Below, piece after piece: positions 14,776-28,402 of a stretch of DNA of 64,000 bases; position 1 is the first letter of the stretch, and each line of letters opens with the position of its first letter. The translations under genes and the position numbers were made by a program. This stretch comes from Auanema rhodensis (taxonomy: Eukaryota > Animalia > Nematoda): positions 9,362,001 to 9,426,000 of the forward strand of contig OZ059900.1 in assembly GCA_964057225.1 (NCBI GenBank), read 5' to 3'. Under the pieces are notes generated by a model that saw only the letters and a program-made list of their open reading frames with translations, had not been told where the DNA came from and did no database searches.

Positions 14776-17700
14776 TAATCCCTTTCTCTTCTAATACTCA
14801 AGTTTAGTCTGCTCACCCTTCATCTATGCAGAAAAAAAATCCTTTAATTTCTAATAATTTTCTCTATCAAGCATCAGGGCCAAAGCCGATTTAAAAAATA
14901 TGAAATAAATAAAAATTGACAATGACAAACTCTTCGTAAAAATATCTTGAAAAAGAAAAATTATAAAATGCCGAAGATTAATGTATAGAGCCAATATAAA
15001 TTTTAATTGTCACTCCATTTACGTATTCTTCTCTCACTAAAAACAAAAAATAATATGAATCTATGTAAACTACAACGATATTCTTCTAATATTGTTTGTA
15101 GTTTGATTCATTTTATACCTTATCTTTGGATCAGTCAGCATTTCTAACTGTGTTTTTACATGTTTTTTTGCTCTTTTATTCTTCGCTCAATTATAAATAT
15201 CATTCAGAAGATCTAAACTCAATAAAGCTTTGACTTGTATATTTGAATTGAGATATAAATATATAAAAAAAATGATTTTAGAGTATATTACACAAGGTGT
15301 TTAACACTCTATAGGATTACAGTATTAAAATCACGTGCCTACTCTATCATTGTGTGTATTCTGTCTTGCTGCCACTATTCTATTACTCTACATTCATTTA
15401 ATCAACCGATTGGCCTAGCTCTCGCATCCTATAGATATAGATATATGTATATTCTAACGATTTCTGGTTGAATATCAATCTCATTCTTATATGTTTCTCT
15501 TCTTCTCTCACTCATATAAAATCAAATTGTATTCGGCAATGCATCATTAAAATTATAACGCATATTTATAGTCAACAAAGTTGGTAATTAGAGACAAATG
15601 GTAGCAGTTTATGAGCATTTCATAAGCAAATTAGATCAAGCTCATTTAGACATATGATGTCGGATTACTAAATAACATTTTCATACCGATCTTATGCAAA
15701 ACATATACCATATATGTTATATACGCGTATATACGTGTATATAAAAATATATTTATATAGTTTATATATATATTTTTATCTCATTGTATGTATATATATA
15801 TATATTAAGATATTATTGAACGGCGAATGATGTTACGACAGATTCGAGTATCAGATATTAAGTCTTTGAAGATTAAATTAGTTTTCGAAACAGCTATATA
15901 AATGACTTGAACCACCCAAAAAGAATATAATGCATCTGTCATTCTTTATTTCATATTACCAGATATCATGTCAATATTCTATTGTATATTTGTTCTTTTT
16001 TCTTCTTCTTCTTTTTTTATTCTCCACGTGCATACAAGAAAACGATTTTTGATTGCAAAAGTGAATAACTTTTCCCATTAAGATTTTTTTTACAATCTCT
16101 TTAATATCTCGAAGTGCGTTCTTTTTTCATATCAATCATCTTTTTCTTTTCAAAAAAAATTATTAAATATCTGAATAATAGAGTCAGCATTAAAACGAAG
16201 TGATCATAGGCATATGTGTTCTATGAAAGCATTGTCGTCGTAATGCAAAACGACCTTTCTTTTAAAAACATCTCACAAACTACTTAAATTTAAAAAAAAA
16301 AAGTTTTAAAACATTACTACCTGTTATTCTGTCGAGTTTGTGTGGAGAAGAGACATAGTTTGATCGTTTAGTTTTTGTCCTATCTCTGTCATACTTTTGT
16401 TCATTTTAATTCTCTCATAACTGCCTAATAGATCTAGATTACTTCCTTCAAATCGATGATTTAAATAATTTTTTTTGTCAAATTATACGCAGCCAATTTC
16501 CAATTTTATTGTTCAGTTTGTATATATTGTAGAATTGAAAATGTGTATACATTTAAGCGTAGATGGTAAGCTTTATACATGTAAATAGAAAGTAAAAGGT
16601 GGAGAGATGGAACGGCAGAGAAAAAGGAAAATATTAGAAAGTGCAGAGAAAAGGGAAAATATAAGAAAAAAAAGAGAGGGATATAGAGAATGAAAGACAG
16701 GCGCAGAGAGACGGGTAACAGGCATCTAGGAAGATAGATAGAACGAGGAACATTTGGGCAGACAGAGATAGCTCGAAAAGAAGATCATATACATGAATAA
16801 GCAATAGATGGAAAATGATTCTCTCTCTATCTATCTCCCTCTCTCCATTTTTCTTTTGTTACCTCCGTCTTTCTCTTATTTGATATTATACTTTTAATAT
16901 ATTTTATCATTAATCCTATAAAAAATGTGGAATGATATGTTCATATAATTCAATATTTATGTATCAACTTCAGACTTCTCATATTCAAGTATCAATTATA
17001 AACGATTTTCAGCAATAGCATGCGATAATAGCTCATTAAGCCTCATAATATCATTTTACAATAAGTCAAGTAGTAGCGACATCGCTTATATTACAGTTTC
17101 GAGAAATTTTCAATTAATTTGTTATATATATCTATACGAGTATACTCAATTTACATTCATTATATATACACACACAATACCTCTGTGAGCTTTGACTAGC
17201 GTTGGCCATATGTGGAACAGACAGATAATACCAATCCGGCTCAGCTAATACTCTTACTCCGTAAGTTATTCTTTTACTCTTATTCAATACAAAAAAATAC
17301 TAAAAACTGTCCATAAACGAAGAAATACAAAAGTGCTCAATAAAATTCAATTTAATTTTGATTAAAGTAACAAATAGCCTATTAGCTATAAAACTCCTGT
17401 CCGGAATACTGAGTAATACCGTAATCCGTTAATTACCCCAAGTAAAATAAATGACACATTGATTCTAATTGTTGTTATAAATCAGTTTTTATTCTGCTGT
17501 CTTTAAAAACGAATAAAAAGAATTTAGTCGTTTTCGTCTTTCTCATCTTTTTTCGTTCACAGAAATTATTTCATCGACTTTATATGCTCTTTCAATTTAA
17601 TGTTTCTACATGATTGCCAGTGTGAATCTGTTAGGTCATTAACGGATAAGCAAAAGCTCAGTCGAATTTAGTATTGCGCTATTGAAATAGCTTCATAAGA

Positions 17701-20300
17701 ACATATTTGACGCCTCAGCAAGCAGCTTGTAGCTAAATACATAATCTGTGCATGTCTTGGCTGAGCATTATTCATTCGTTGCTAAAAGTTAAACATTTCA
17801 TTTGAATATGTTCTCCCCCCCCCCGCGAATATGATTTTTAGTTTCGTAACGGAAATTGCTTTGAAAATTAATTAATTTCAACAATATTTTAATAATTGAA
17901 TGGTTTTTGCATATGTCATTATTGATATGTTCCATGACGCCTCGTATTATTTATTGTTGATGCTCATTTTAGGCTCAAATATATAATATATTATAATATA
18001 AAAATTTATATATAAAAATAAATATCAATTCGCATATCAAAACAACCATTGTTTGTATTGTTTAGGCTCAAACTCCATACTATATTATTGTAATGATCAG
18101 ATTGGCTGCATGCCAAAACACATAGGTATATACGAATATGTTCGAATTTTGTGAACTTTGTACTATTATTGGAACTTAACTACATGCGTATCCTTAGGTT
18201 ACAGGTTGACCTACTAATGAACCATTTCATCATTCGGTGCTCGAGACAGACTGAGGCATAGTGATGAAATCTGACCCGGCTCCTATTTTTTTAGTACCGG
18301 TATATCTCTCAGCTTATTATATCTGTTTTATCTGTGCTACTCCGCTGGCTGCTCTCTTATGGCTCAGCCAGACATATTCTCAGATCATTTTTGTAACAGC
18401 TTTTTCTCCATTTCTCTTCATCTCTCAAACAGCTTGTGTCTTCTCCTCCCTCACCCCCGTCTGTTAACTATATGTGATAGCTGTCTCTGATTTCTCGTTT
18501 TACAATTGCCTTCTTCTTGTACCTCGTTCAGTATATTCTCACCAGCCATTACTATGGTCTGGTAAATGGATAGGTTTAACCTGTTTAATATCATCTTTTG
18601 ATATCTATCTTTTATATTCTATCATCCATTCGGCCATTTATCTCTCTGTTTGCCTCTTATCCTCATTTAATGTTATATTTTCACGTTCCAGTTTATGCAT
18701 TAAATTGCTCATCAATCTATGGTGTATAGGTGAATATCTTTTTTTTCAGTGCCTTTAGAAAGAAGATTGATCATACATCTGTATTTGCTACTTCCTTGTG
18801 AAGTGATAAGCTCGTGCCATTTCATATGTGCTTAACATTCTCTGTTATACTTGCGAACAGTCATTTATTATAATTTGCAGCTGAATCTCGAATGTAGCAT
18901 AGAATTGTATATGTCATATATCGCAATTACCGTAAAAGACTGGCTTATCAGTATATCACGAGATTAACTGATCATACTTTTAGATTAGCTAGCTGAATTT
19001 CCAATAATCATAACTTTACCTATTTCATAATCACCTGCCAGCTCTAATAATAGTTATATTCTTGGCAATTAGTCATTTCGGTGGCATGTTTGCCAATTTT
19101 AACATCACGTTTGAACATTATGCTTGGATTAAAATTACTTTTTGTTCAAATTTCATAGTGTTTAAGCTCATTCTCATATGGACGTCACATAATTTTGATA
19201 TTGCTTGATATGAATCTGACTCATCATTGCTCACTCACATCATTATCGTTCCAGTTCGAAAATTTAGTCAAACGAATGATTTTTTTAATCGCCAGTTCAT
19301 GCAAAAATATTGTTTTGTGAGTCAAATACTGATAAAGCTGACTGAGTATAAAGGAGGGGGGGGGGGCGTTCGGGAAGTTTTTTTTTCCTGCCAACAGCTT
19401 TGTCGATACACCTTCTCTAACTATAACGCATGAAAGCTGTTTCATAATAGGTTTTTGCAAGGAAAAAAAAACGAAAAATTTTTTCCATAAAAATCATTTT
19501 ACTCTTATCTTGTCAATTTGAATTCAAGGGATGCCAATTGCTTGCCACCAACTCTGACAACGGCTAAGCATTAACATCTTAGCATTATTGCCACTGCGAG
19601 CATGTAGTGTATTTCTACTAAAATATTTTATTCAAAGGTTATTTATTTATGAAATCGCAAATGTAATCTGGAATGTGTTTCATGTCTCCTTATCTCTCTC
19701 ACTCTCTCCACCCTTTTCTCATTTTTATTTTAGCCTCCCCTTTCTTTATTACTATTACTTTCACTTTTTATTAATTTTCTGTTTTCTCTAACTTTCACTT
19801 CATCTTTTTATTTTCATGTTAGTTTTTCTTCTGAGTATTCCCAGAGTTAACGTGTTCACTTTAAATCATCAAGAATATTTGAAATGTGTTATTTTTCAGG
19901 TTATCTTTCATGCATAAAAGTCGTAAACCATTTTACTTTGCGATACAAGTGTTTCCTCACCGTTATCATTATTGTTATCATGATTTAAATGGTTTAACTT
20001 TGTTGTTAGTCACAACGAGTAATTGAATTACTGAACTTTTCGATTATCATCTCATTTGCCTATGATATGTTTTTACTGTTCGTTACTTGGCATTATTTCC
20101 TAATAATTGTTCAATGTTTATCTTAGTTATCATATAGTTTCTCGCTCTTTCACACTATATTTGTCTTTTTTGTTTCGCCAACAACGGTTTTCATTCTTTC
20201 TTTCAATTTATTTCGCCATTATGTACTTCGTGATATTTATATTCTCTGCTAATATTATTTTTTTTCAATTTCAGTTGAAACTTGAACTCACCTAGCCAAG

Positions 20301-20737
20301 ATGATTGACAAAACTTTCGAAAAGTCCGATGAAGAGTACAGTCATAGCGTCGATGAACAAAACTGGGCTGTGCACGATAATTTTCTTAAAACCCAATTGT
20401 GGAAATTTATGGTTCGTTTTTCTAACATCTTATCATTCATCTATATGTGTATTTTTTGCAGCTTCAACGCGCTCGTGAACGCAATAGTACGAACCCTGCA
20501 GAAGATGCTAGAAAAGAAATAGAAGAACATTATCGAGCTGGCATGGCAGGAATGATTCCTCCTCACCTAAAGAGTCCTCACAACAAGTACAACAAGTCGC
20601 CTAAGCAACCATCTACTGACTCATCTGCTCGCGATCCAATGATAATTCAAAGAGAAGAATGCACGTTGGGCTCTGAAAATAGTTCAACTGTTAATTTCAA
20701 ACGCAACGAAGATGGTGATGACGCTACTGCTCTCTAA
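20301..20737 (+). CDS. Small hypothetical protein (~128 aa), two coding exons
   Basis: Exon 20301-20411 (MIDKTFEKSDEEYSH...LWKFM) joins in phase 0 via GT..TTGCAG to 20462-20737 (LQRARERNSTNPAEDARKEIEEHYRAG...ATAL*). A TTTCAG acceptor lies just upstream of the ATG, and base composition is coding-like. Confidence 0.75.
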
Positions 20738-20985
20738 ACTTTACTAGCTGACGGTGAATAATTACAATACAGCGTACGCAGCTGTTTTTTCTCTTCCCGA
20801 AACGGTTTCGGTTTAGAGTTGATTCTTTCATAATTATCATAATCAAAAGTATTCATTATAAAAAAGCATTTTAAAACTATGCCATTTTCCATTCTTCTCT
20901 ACGTTCCCTAACAGCAATTTGTTTTGCTTTAAAATGTTCCTTCAAGCTTTGAGGATCTGTATTCGGGATCTCTTTCCAGATGGTC

Positions 20986-21016
<31 letters not shown>
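20986..21016. repeat. Compound (AT)n(GT)n microsatellite
   Basis: Read directly from the sequence, downstream of the 20301-20737 gene. Confidence 0.9.
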
Positions 21017-21017
<1 letters not shown>

Positions 21018-23373
21018 TATACTGTTTTTTGACTCCTACATAGCTCTATAGATTTTTCTCTTTACAACTTTATGTTTTCATGTAATTTATCAGGTTGAAC
21101 TAATAAACCATTTGTTGATAGCGCTCGAGTCTTTATTTCTCCTTCACATGTTATCAGAAACGAGGTGTGGCTTTAGCTATGAAACACATTTGTAGTTAAA
21201 AAATGAGAGCTGGAAGAAAATTATTTTATTTTCATTATTATTAAAGTGTCTTGTCTTTGTAAACAATGATTAATAAAGTCAATATGATTTTTGAATCAAC
21301 GTTATCTTAGACAGGACGGCTCTATTGCGTTGCGTAACTAACTGATATATGTATATATAGATATATATCATGTTTACAAGACATGATACTTAGAAAATGA
21401 CAAAGAATAGTCAATACATCAGAAAATTTGATAGCTTAAAGCACATTTGCTATTGAAAAATTTGATTTTTGATGTTTAAAATGGACTGTAGTTAAATGTT
21501 TCCTCATTTGTTCTATTTATTTTAACAAATATGCTTCCTCAACTATACCTTTATCAAATTTTATGAGTTTAAAACGTTTTAGTTTGCTATAGTTCACGAA
21601 AGTGGAAACAATTTTCAAAGTAAGTCAATAAACTATTGATTGCGGCAAGAATTAGACCCATTTTCAAAAGTGCAGATTGCCTAGTTTAGCAGTTAAGTAT
21701 TTCATTTTGCGTTCAATAAAACAACCTATATCCTTAATCCCGTTGTAATAGCGGAGATATAACACAATACATCATATCTAGGTGTCTCATTAATCTTTAT
21801 GAAATGATACGACTTTAGCAGAATGAAAAAAATGAAAGTCAAAAGTCTAAAGTTACAGTCGATTAATCTTTATAATAAGAAAAGACTTTTAGTTATTTTA
21901 AATATAATATAAAATAAAAACATTTATTATATTCATTTATTATTTATATTTTATATATTTTATATGGGGGAATTCATAAATACCAACTATCACAATAAGA
22001 TATAAACTAAAATCAATATGGCATAACATAATCGAAAGGTTGCATTCATCAAGTATTTGCAATAAATGCTCATATGGGCAAAGCGTTCAGTTTCCACGGT
22101 TACAACGCATCGATGCCCCAGTTTTCCATGAACTATAGAGAGTGTGAAGATACTATTTGAAATTGCATGTTGAAAATATACATTTTAGTTCATAAACATT
22201 CTCCACGTGAATGCTTCATTTCCTGTTCAGTTTTGTTAATTTTCATGTGATAAGCAGAAGAAACAATAGCATTTTCATGAAATATCACCAAAATATCAAA
22301 GAAATTAAAAGAAAAAATTATTCTAATCAACATAATAATAACTTTTACGTCTCGTTATTTCAATATTCGTGTGAATTGTTGTTAATCGTACACATATTAT
22401 CAAATCTCCCCTTTATTATATTAATCTTAATATAAATATCATGCTAAAATATCTCACATATAATCTCTTATTTATCTGAAAACCTTGTTTTCATATTTTT
22501 GAAGCCCATGACTTATACTCAAACACTCATTCTTGCCAATTTTCCCGCGCTAATTGCTGGTTGTACGGCTTTGACTGCGGCAGGACATTGGTAGCAATTC
22601 ACCTCAAGACGGTGTTATTCAAAGGCTCAAGGGAGGAAGTTGCCATTGTCTCTCACGGTCTGTCTGTCGTTCTCATACTATTTTCCTGCATATTTTCTTC
22701 ACTCCCATATCTACCTTCTGTCTGTCCACTTTGTGGTCTAGCCGTGTTTATGAGGCTGAGCTTGCTCATACTCACGCAATACACACTTCCGTCCTCAATC
22801 AGCTGGCTATGCCGTCGTTATGGCGAACTCATTTGTCCTTGTTTAGCCGTATATACAGCATATGGATTATAGCTTAGTTAATGCTCAGCATAAAACATAT
22901 AAAATCTTATAATATCATGTATGATAGTTATGAATAAGAAAATCGGTTTCTTTTTTATATTTTATTATTTCACTACATTGTATGTATATATTATAATTAT
23001 ATAATTAACTATATTCTATTTAACGTCGTATTTGCTTTATAATTCGCATGGTATTGAGAATTATGATGAAAGACATATAGCGATTAATGAGATATTATTA
23101 GATAATATACTAGGTCGAGAGGTAATGTTAAAAAAGACCAGCAGATGTCTTTATTTCAGACAGATGTTTAATAGTTTCGTTGCTGAAAATGCTCCACTAG
23201 CGTACGGTTCTTTTCTTTTAATAATTTTTATTTATTTTTCATAGCATTTTTATGTATTTGAATGAATTTGAGTTATTATTTTTGTGTGAACATTGGGGGG
23301 GGGGGGGAGAGAGGGGGGTTTGCAGTAATTTTGAAGGAAAAGTCGATATACCTAACTGATCCTTTTCTTCCTC

Positions 23374-23387
23374 GTTGCTATGTAATT
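23374..23387. promoter_or_regulatory. Degenerate X-box (DAF-19/RFX) candidate ~70 bp upstream of dyf-11
   Basis: GTTGCTATGTAATT has one perfect RFX half-site (reverse complement ATAGCAAC) and a degenerate second half. The position is typical for ciliary IFT genes. Confidence 0.4.
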
Positions 23388-23444
23388 CTTATATTTTTTT
23401 ACATTTTTTTTACATGTTTAGACTATTTATATTATTTAGATCTC

Positions 23445-26400
23445 ATGGAATATGTTCAAATAACACAAAAAGCATATAATGGTTTGATCGATAAGCCTAT
23501 ACTGACTGAAGAACTACTAAACAAGCCTCCTTTCAAATTTATTCTTGATATTATATCAAACATCATTCGTAAAACGGGATATTTAGAAGTCAGTTTTAGA
23601 AATATTTTATTTTTCTTGATCAAAATTATTTTGTATAGAATGTCATTAGCCCTAATGAGTTGGACAGCAAACAATATGCTGACAAAGCTGCCAAAACTGT
23701 TTTTTTAGATAAACTTATAGCAATAGTAGGCGAAGATCAGCTTTCTCATATAAAATCTACTAAAATAGTTGCTGGTAAAGAGCCACAAGCAACCAATGAG
23801 GTATTTATTCATTTCTATTATTGTTATAATGCCATTAAGGTTGTATATAATATGAAAGTAAATGTATGTTTTCAGCTACTGCAGAGGCTGGCAGCAAATG
23901 CTCGTGCAGCTTCCAAAAAAAAAGAAAATCGTTCAAAGTCAAGCGATAAACCTTCGAAAGATAAGTCGAAAAGTCATGATTCAGCTGCTAAAGAGAAAAA
24001 AAAGGACAAAGATAAAGATAAAGATAAAACCAAGCCAAGAGAACGCTCAAAAACTAGAGAAAAGGAGAACCCTAAAGAAAAAGTACGAGATGCAAGTTCA
24101 GAAAAAGTGAAAAAAAAGAAAACTGTAAGTTATAATAAATTTTTCTTCTCCTTTTGAAGTATATTTTACTGGGTTTAGAGTTCTACTGCTGAGAGTGACA
24201 AACAGAAAAAAGAGAAGAAAGAGAAGAAAGAAAAGACCAAAAAACCTGCGATCGTGGATCTCAAAGAGGATGAGGAACAAGTAGTTGCACCAAAAAAAGA
24301 ACGCTTGAAATCATCAAAAGAGCGGACTAAAATGGTAAAATCTTATTTCATCCGTTTTCATATTTTTTTATCTGATATTTTCGGTTTTTAATTGCCGTTT
24401 GAGCTTTATGCTCGTTACATTGTACCCATTTTATCTAAACTTTTACAGATAGACACCGATGATCATGACAATACCATTGAAACGGCTGAGCAGGAAAACA
24501 TTCCCATTGCACATGACTCTGAAGCAGATTTTCAGCAAAGTAAATTGAATGTTAACACAATTCACGAGGACAATTCAAGATTGGATGCATTAGTTCCTCG
24601 GTGAGTTATCCAGATACATGACTGAATTCAGTAATTCAATAAAAGCTAACCTGATTATGAAGCCTATAATCCATCTGAGATTGTCTTCATTCTCATCATA
24701 TGGCTCATAATACACGCAGCTCATAAAAGCCTTACTAATATCAATACAAACTAATTTTCTATATCCTATATGTATGTTGATACCTCTTATTGTCTCTTTC
24801 TTCTATCTCTCTCTATATCTTTCTCTCGTATTCTCTCTTCTCCCTCGCAATCAGATCATTCTCGAAAATCTTAAAATGCAATTACTACATAGACTTGTAC
24901 GGTATGATTATAGTTGCTAATTCTATTGAACATTAGAGTAATGTGAGCAAATTGAATATCCAGATGCTTGAAAAAGCTCGTAAAATATATCCATGTCATC
25001 TATATAAATACCCTTTCTTATACTCCCTAAGCTTTTTCTTTGTTTAGTTGCTCATATCCGAAATATTCTCGATTAATCTTCTCTAAAGCTCATATCCAGT
25101 GTTATGAAGCCATTCAGTCAGACTATATTCTCTTTGAAATAGTTGAAAGAGAAAAGCGCCAGGTGGCCTTGTACATGTCATTATAGGTTCATGACCTCTC
25201 AGAGTTGATCTTTTAAGCTCTTTACTATCGAATTTCTTTTGTGAATATCATTAGTATGCCATTGAAAATCATCATTGCTTTTAAACTGCTCATTTTCCGT
25301 ATCATTGGCCAAGCAGCTGACATTCATGCACCCATATATATGCGAAAATATATGAAATGAATGAGAAAAGAGCTCATTCAATTCTGCTCTTATAAGCCAT
25401 CATTTCCTCTTAACGCCTTCATTTTGCTTTGGCCTATCTCTGTCGCAGCAACTGCTCAATCTTTCCTCTTGGCTCGCATCATATTTCGTTAACAAGTTCG
25501 TCTATCATGATCACTACGTCACACGTGACTGAACAACATCGATAGTCATTCGAATATTATCTTCAGCTAGCATAGTAGGCTATATTGCTTCTCCTCATGT
25601 CGACACCTCCTCCAATCACGTTTGGAAAATGGGAAACGGACTTTTTACATTATCTGCTGGCCAAAAAATCCATAAAAGCATTTCAATACTGGTTCAATTT
25701 CTACAAACAGATTCAATCAGGCTCTTACAGTCCATCCACATCCGCACGTCCACGAACTGCATCACGTCCAGCACCTCCAACCTTGAAGAAAAAACAGATT
25801 GCAGTATCAGAAGCTAATGTTCGACAGGTATTAGCTTCTGTAATCTATTTTTCTTATTATTTTTATTTTTTTCAGGTTGTGGACGCTGTAGCGATTTTTG
25901 AAGAATCTAAGGAAGAAGAAGACACTGAGCAGATTTTCAGTATGGAAGAAGAGTCTGTAACGAATATGAAAGAGCATAACGATATCCAGGTTAGGAAATG
26001 ATTGAATAACCGCAAACTAATATTCCTGTTTGAATAACAGATTGATGAAGATAATATGGGCAGTTTGGTGCAGAAAATTATGGAAACCAAAGCAGAATTA
26101 GAAGAGAGTGCTCAGACTACAATCGAGCCTGATGACGAAGATGATAATTTCGAAGAAAAAATTAAGGTATACTAACTCTAGTATGCAACAGCATTTCATA
26201 TTTCAATTTAGGTTAACAATTTGAAAAAGGATTTACAACAAGTTACTCGACAGACTTATCCAATTTCCCAAATTCTTGAGTATGCTCAGGTCAGTAGTGC
26301 AGTGCTGCATTAACTCTTTTTCTAATCAGAATCAACTTGCTCTCAAATTGAAAATCTGACTCTTCAATTCAAACAATTTTATAGGAAGATATTGAGATGA

Positions 26401-27096
26401 TGATGCGTGAATTAGAAAAGTGGCGATCAGAATATCGCGCCAATGAGCAACAGATCAAAGACATGCAAGCGCAAGAATTTAGTGACGTCAGCAAGTATGT
26501 TATTGATTAGTTTAAATACTCGAAAAAAATGGAGATTTTCAATTGACTTAATTCCAATCGGATTTGATGAAGTTCATCCAAAATTTTAATGCGTATCTCT
26601 ATCTATATGTGTGTGGGTATACATGTGTGTGTGTGTATGTATGTGTGCACAAAGCCACTCGAAACAAAAACGTAGTCAAGCTGAAAACCTGAAATAAGCT
26701 TCAGTTTGTGACAGTATGAGTAAATTGCAAATAGAAGATTAGTGTTAGAATTTCGGCCTTTTTTTTCTATTTTTTTGCTTCTACTTACAATTTCTAGTTG
26801 AAATATAAAAGTAGGACAAGCGAGAAAACACATAAAAAAAAGAAAAAAGAACATATTCACATATAGTTGAAAAACTTATTATGTTTGCCAAATATAATTT
26901 AAGATGTTCTAAGCTGAATCCAAGAATAAAATCAACTTACAAATAACATGAATATATTTTATTCTATTACAGATTATCAAACACTTTAAGCCAACTGGAT
27001 GGCGATATTAGACAGCAACTTGTCGAGATTGCCGCACTTAAGGGTCGAATTGCTCAGAACAATGAGATGATTTATCAGCGAACTACGGGCATTTAA
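23445..27096 (+). CDS. dyf-11: IFT54/TRAF3IP1/MIP-T3 intraflagellar transport protein
   Basis: N-terminal CH-like domain (IDKPILTEELLNKPPFKFILDIISNIIRKTGYL...KIVAGKEPQATNELLQRLA), K/E-rich linker, RPSTSARPRTASRPAPP motif, and C-terminal coiled coil (GSLVQKIMET...QEDIEMMMRELEKWRSE...IAALKGRIAQNNEMI). About 11 exons, including a ~1.1-kb intron at 24601-25730. Confidence 0.93.
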
Positions 27097-28402
27097 TGCT
27101 CCTTTTCTTCAATAGATATCTATATACACTAGAAACAAATCGATAGCAACTTAGATTTGTTTTCATCTTCAGCTTTACATCATTTGAAGATACATCTTAT
27201 ATTATATATTGAAAGACTTTATCATATTGCAATATCTGCTGAAAATCTAAAACTCTCTTCGCAGCATCATATTCCTCATGTTTATCAATTTCTTTCCATC
27301 ATGTATTGTTGATCTCCCGTACGTCATCAGACACCATTCCATATTACAAATCCGTCGTTTTATTTGTTTCTATCTCTTTCTATTTTTTAGATTTTCCTTC
27401 AAAATTCTCTTATATTTTCACTATCTTTCAACGAACAGCTCACTTTTTCTTTTTTTGCTATCTCCCACCTTTTTCGCATTCTCTCGACTATTCATAAGAT
27501 ATCAAACGACGTACTATCCACTCCTTTATTTCCGATATATTTGCCGTCAGAGAGTGCTTTTTTCTTATAACAAACAAACAAGAAAACAAACAAATGGTTA
27601 TTTTATATATCAAATAAGCTTCTGCTTGACAAAAGTTTTTTAAGCAAAAAAGCTATTGATATCTCTGTTCCATCTAACAAGCCAAGCTGATTATCACTTT
27701 GTCAATAGAAACAACTTTACAAAAAAATCATTCATTTCAATAATAAAGCAAATGATTCACATGAAGGAAGTTGGAAGTTCTGTTGATTGATTAACTGGTT
27801 AATACCCTTTATTCTAGTAGCATCACCTCTTAGTGTCTTATGTTCCGTGTGAGTATACTTTGTATGCACACACTCCCTCTCACTATACTCTTTTTTTTTC
27901 TTTTCGCACTTGCATTCTATAGTTTCCTATAAGAATACTAAATAGAGCACTTTATGTATAATAATATTTTGATTTCAGTGTTTTCATCGTTTTTTTTTGT
28001 TTTTTCTAAACTAACTATATGATATAATTTAGTAATATAGTTTAATTGAATTGTTTATTTGATGCAAAGCGATGCGAATGTAATTATTCACCTACTCAAA
28101 CATATCCAAAGTATACAATTGATACATACGCTTATCATTATACAACATATAGTATATGAATTCAAGCAACGGTACAAGAAAATGCAGATGATACAAGCTC
28201 TGAGATAGGTATATACATACGTACAAACATATATAGTTGTGTTTATATACAGACAGTTAGTTTTGATGTTGTTTCAATCAATCGTTTAACTATTTCGAGA
28301 AAGTGAGGTGATGCAACTGTTACGCAGAATATGCATTCATGATAACAGTGTCTGTGAGATAGTGAATAAACGTTGTCATATTGTCACAATGATTTTCAAT
28401 TA

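Noticed and set aside
17428-17445. GTTAATTACCCCAAGT resembling the SL1 leader, within an ATG-poor stretch that also looked mitochondrial-like
   Set aside because: Imperfect match with no following GT donor or Sm site, and translation gave no mitochondrial protein match.
19437-19444. CTGTTTCA piRNA (Ruby) motif core
   Set aside because: Isolated occurrence with no clustering in the window.
22090-22103. GTTTCCACGGTTAC, an X-box-like site
   Set aside because: Central AC mismatch and 1.3 kb from the dyf-11 ATG; possible but unsupported.
22561-22872. 103-aa ORF in a relatively GC-rich block
   Set aside because: Non-ATG start, no homology and no splice support; more likely regulatory DNA. No tRNA or snRNA signature seen.
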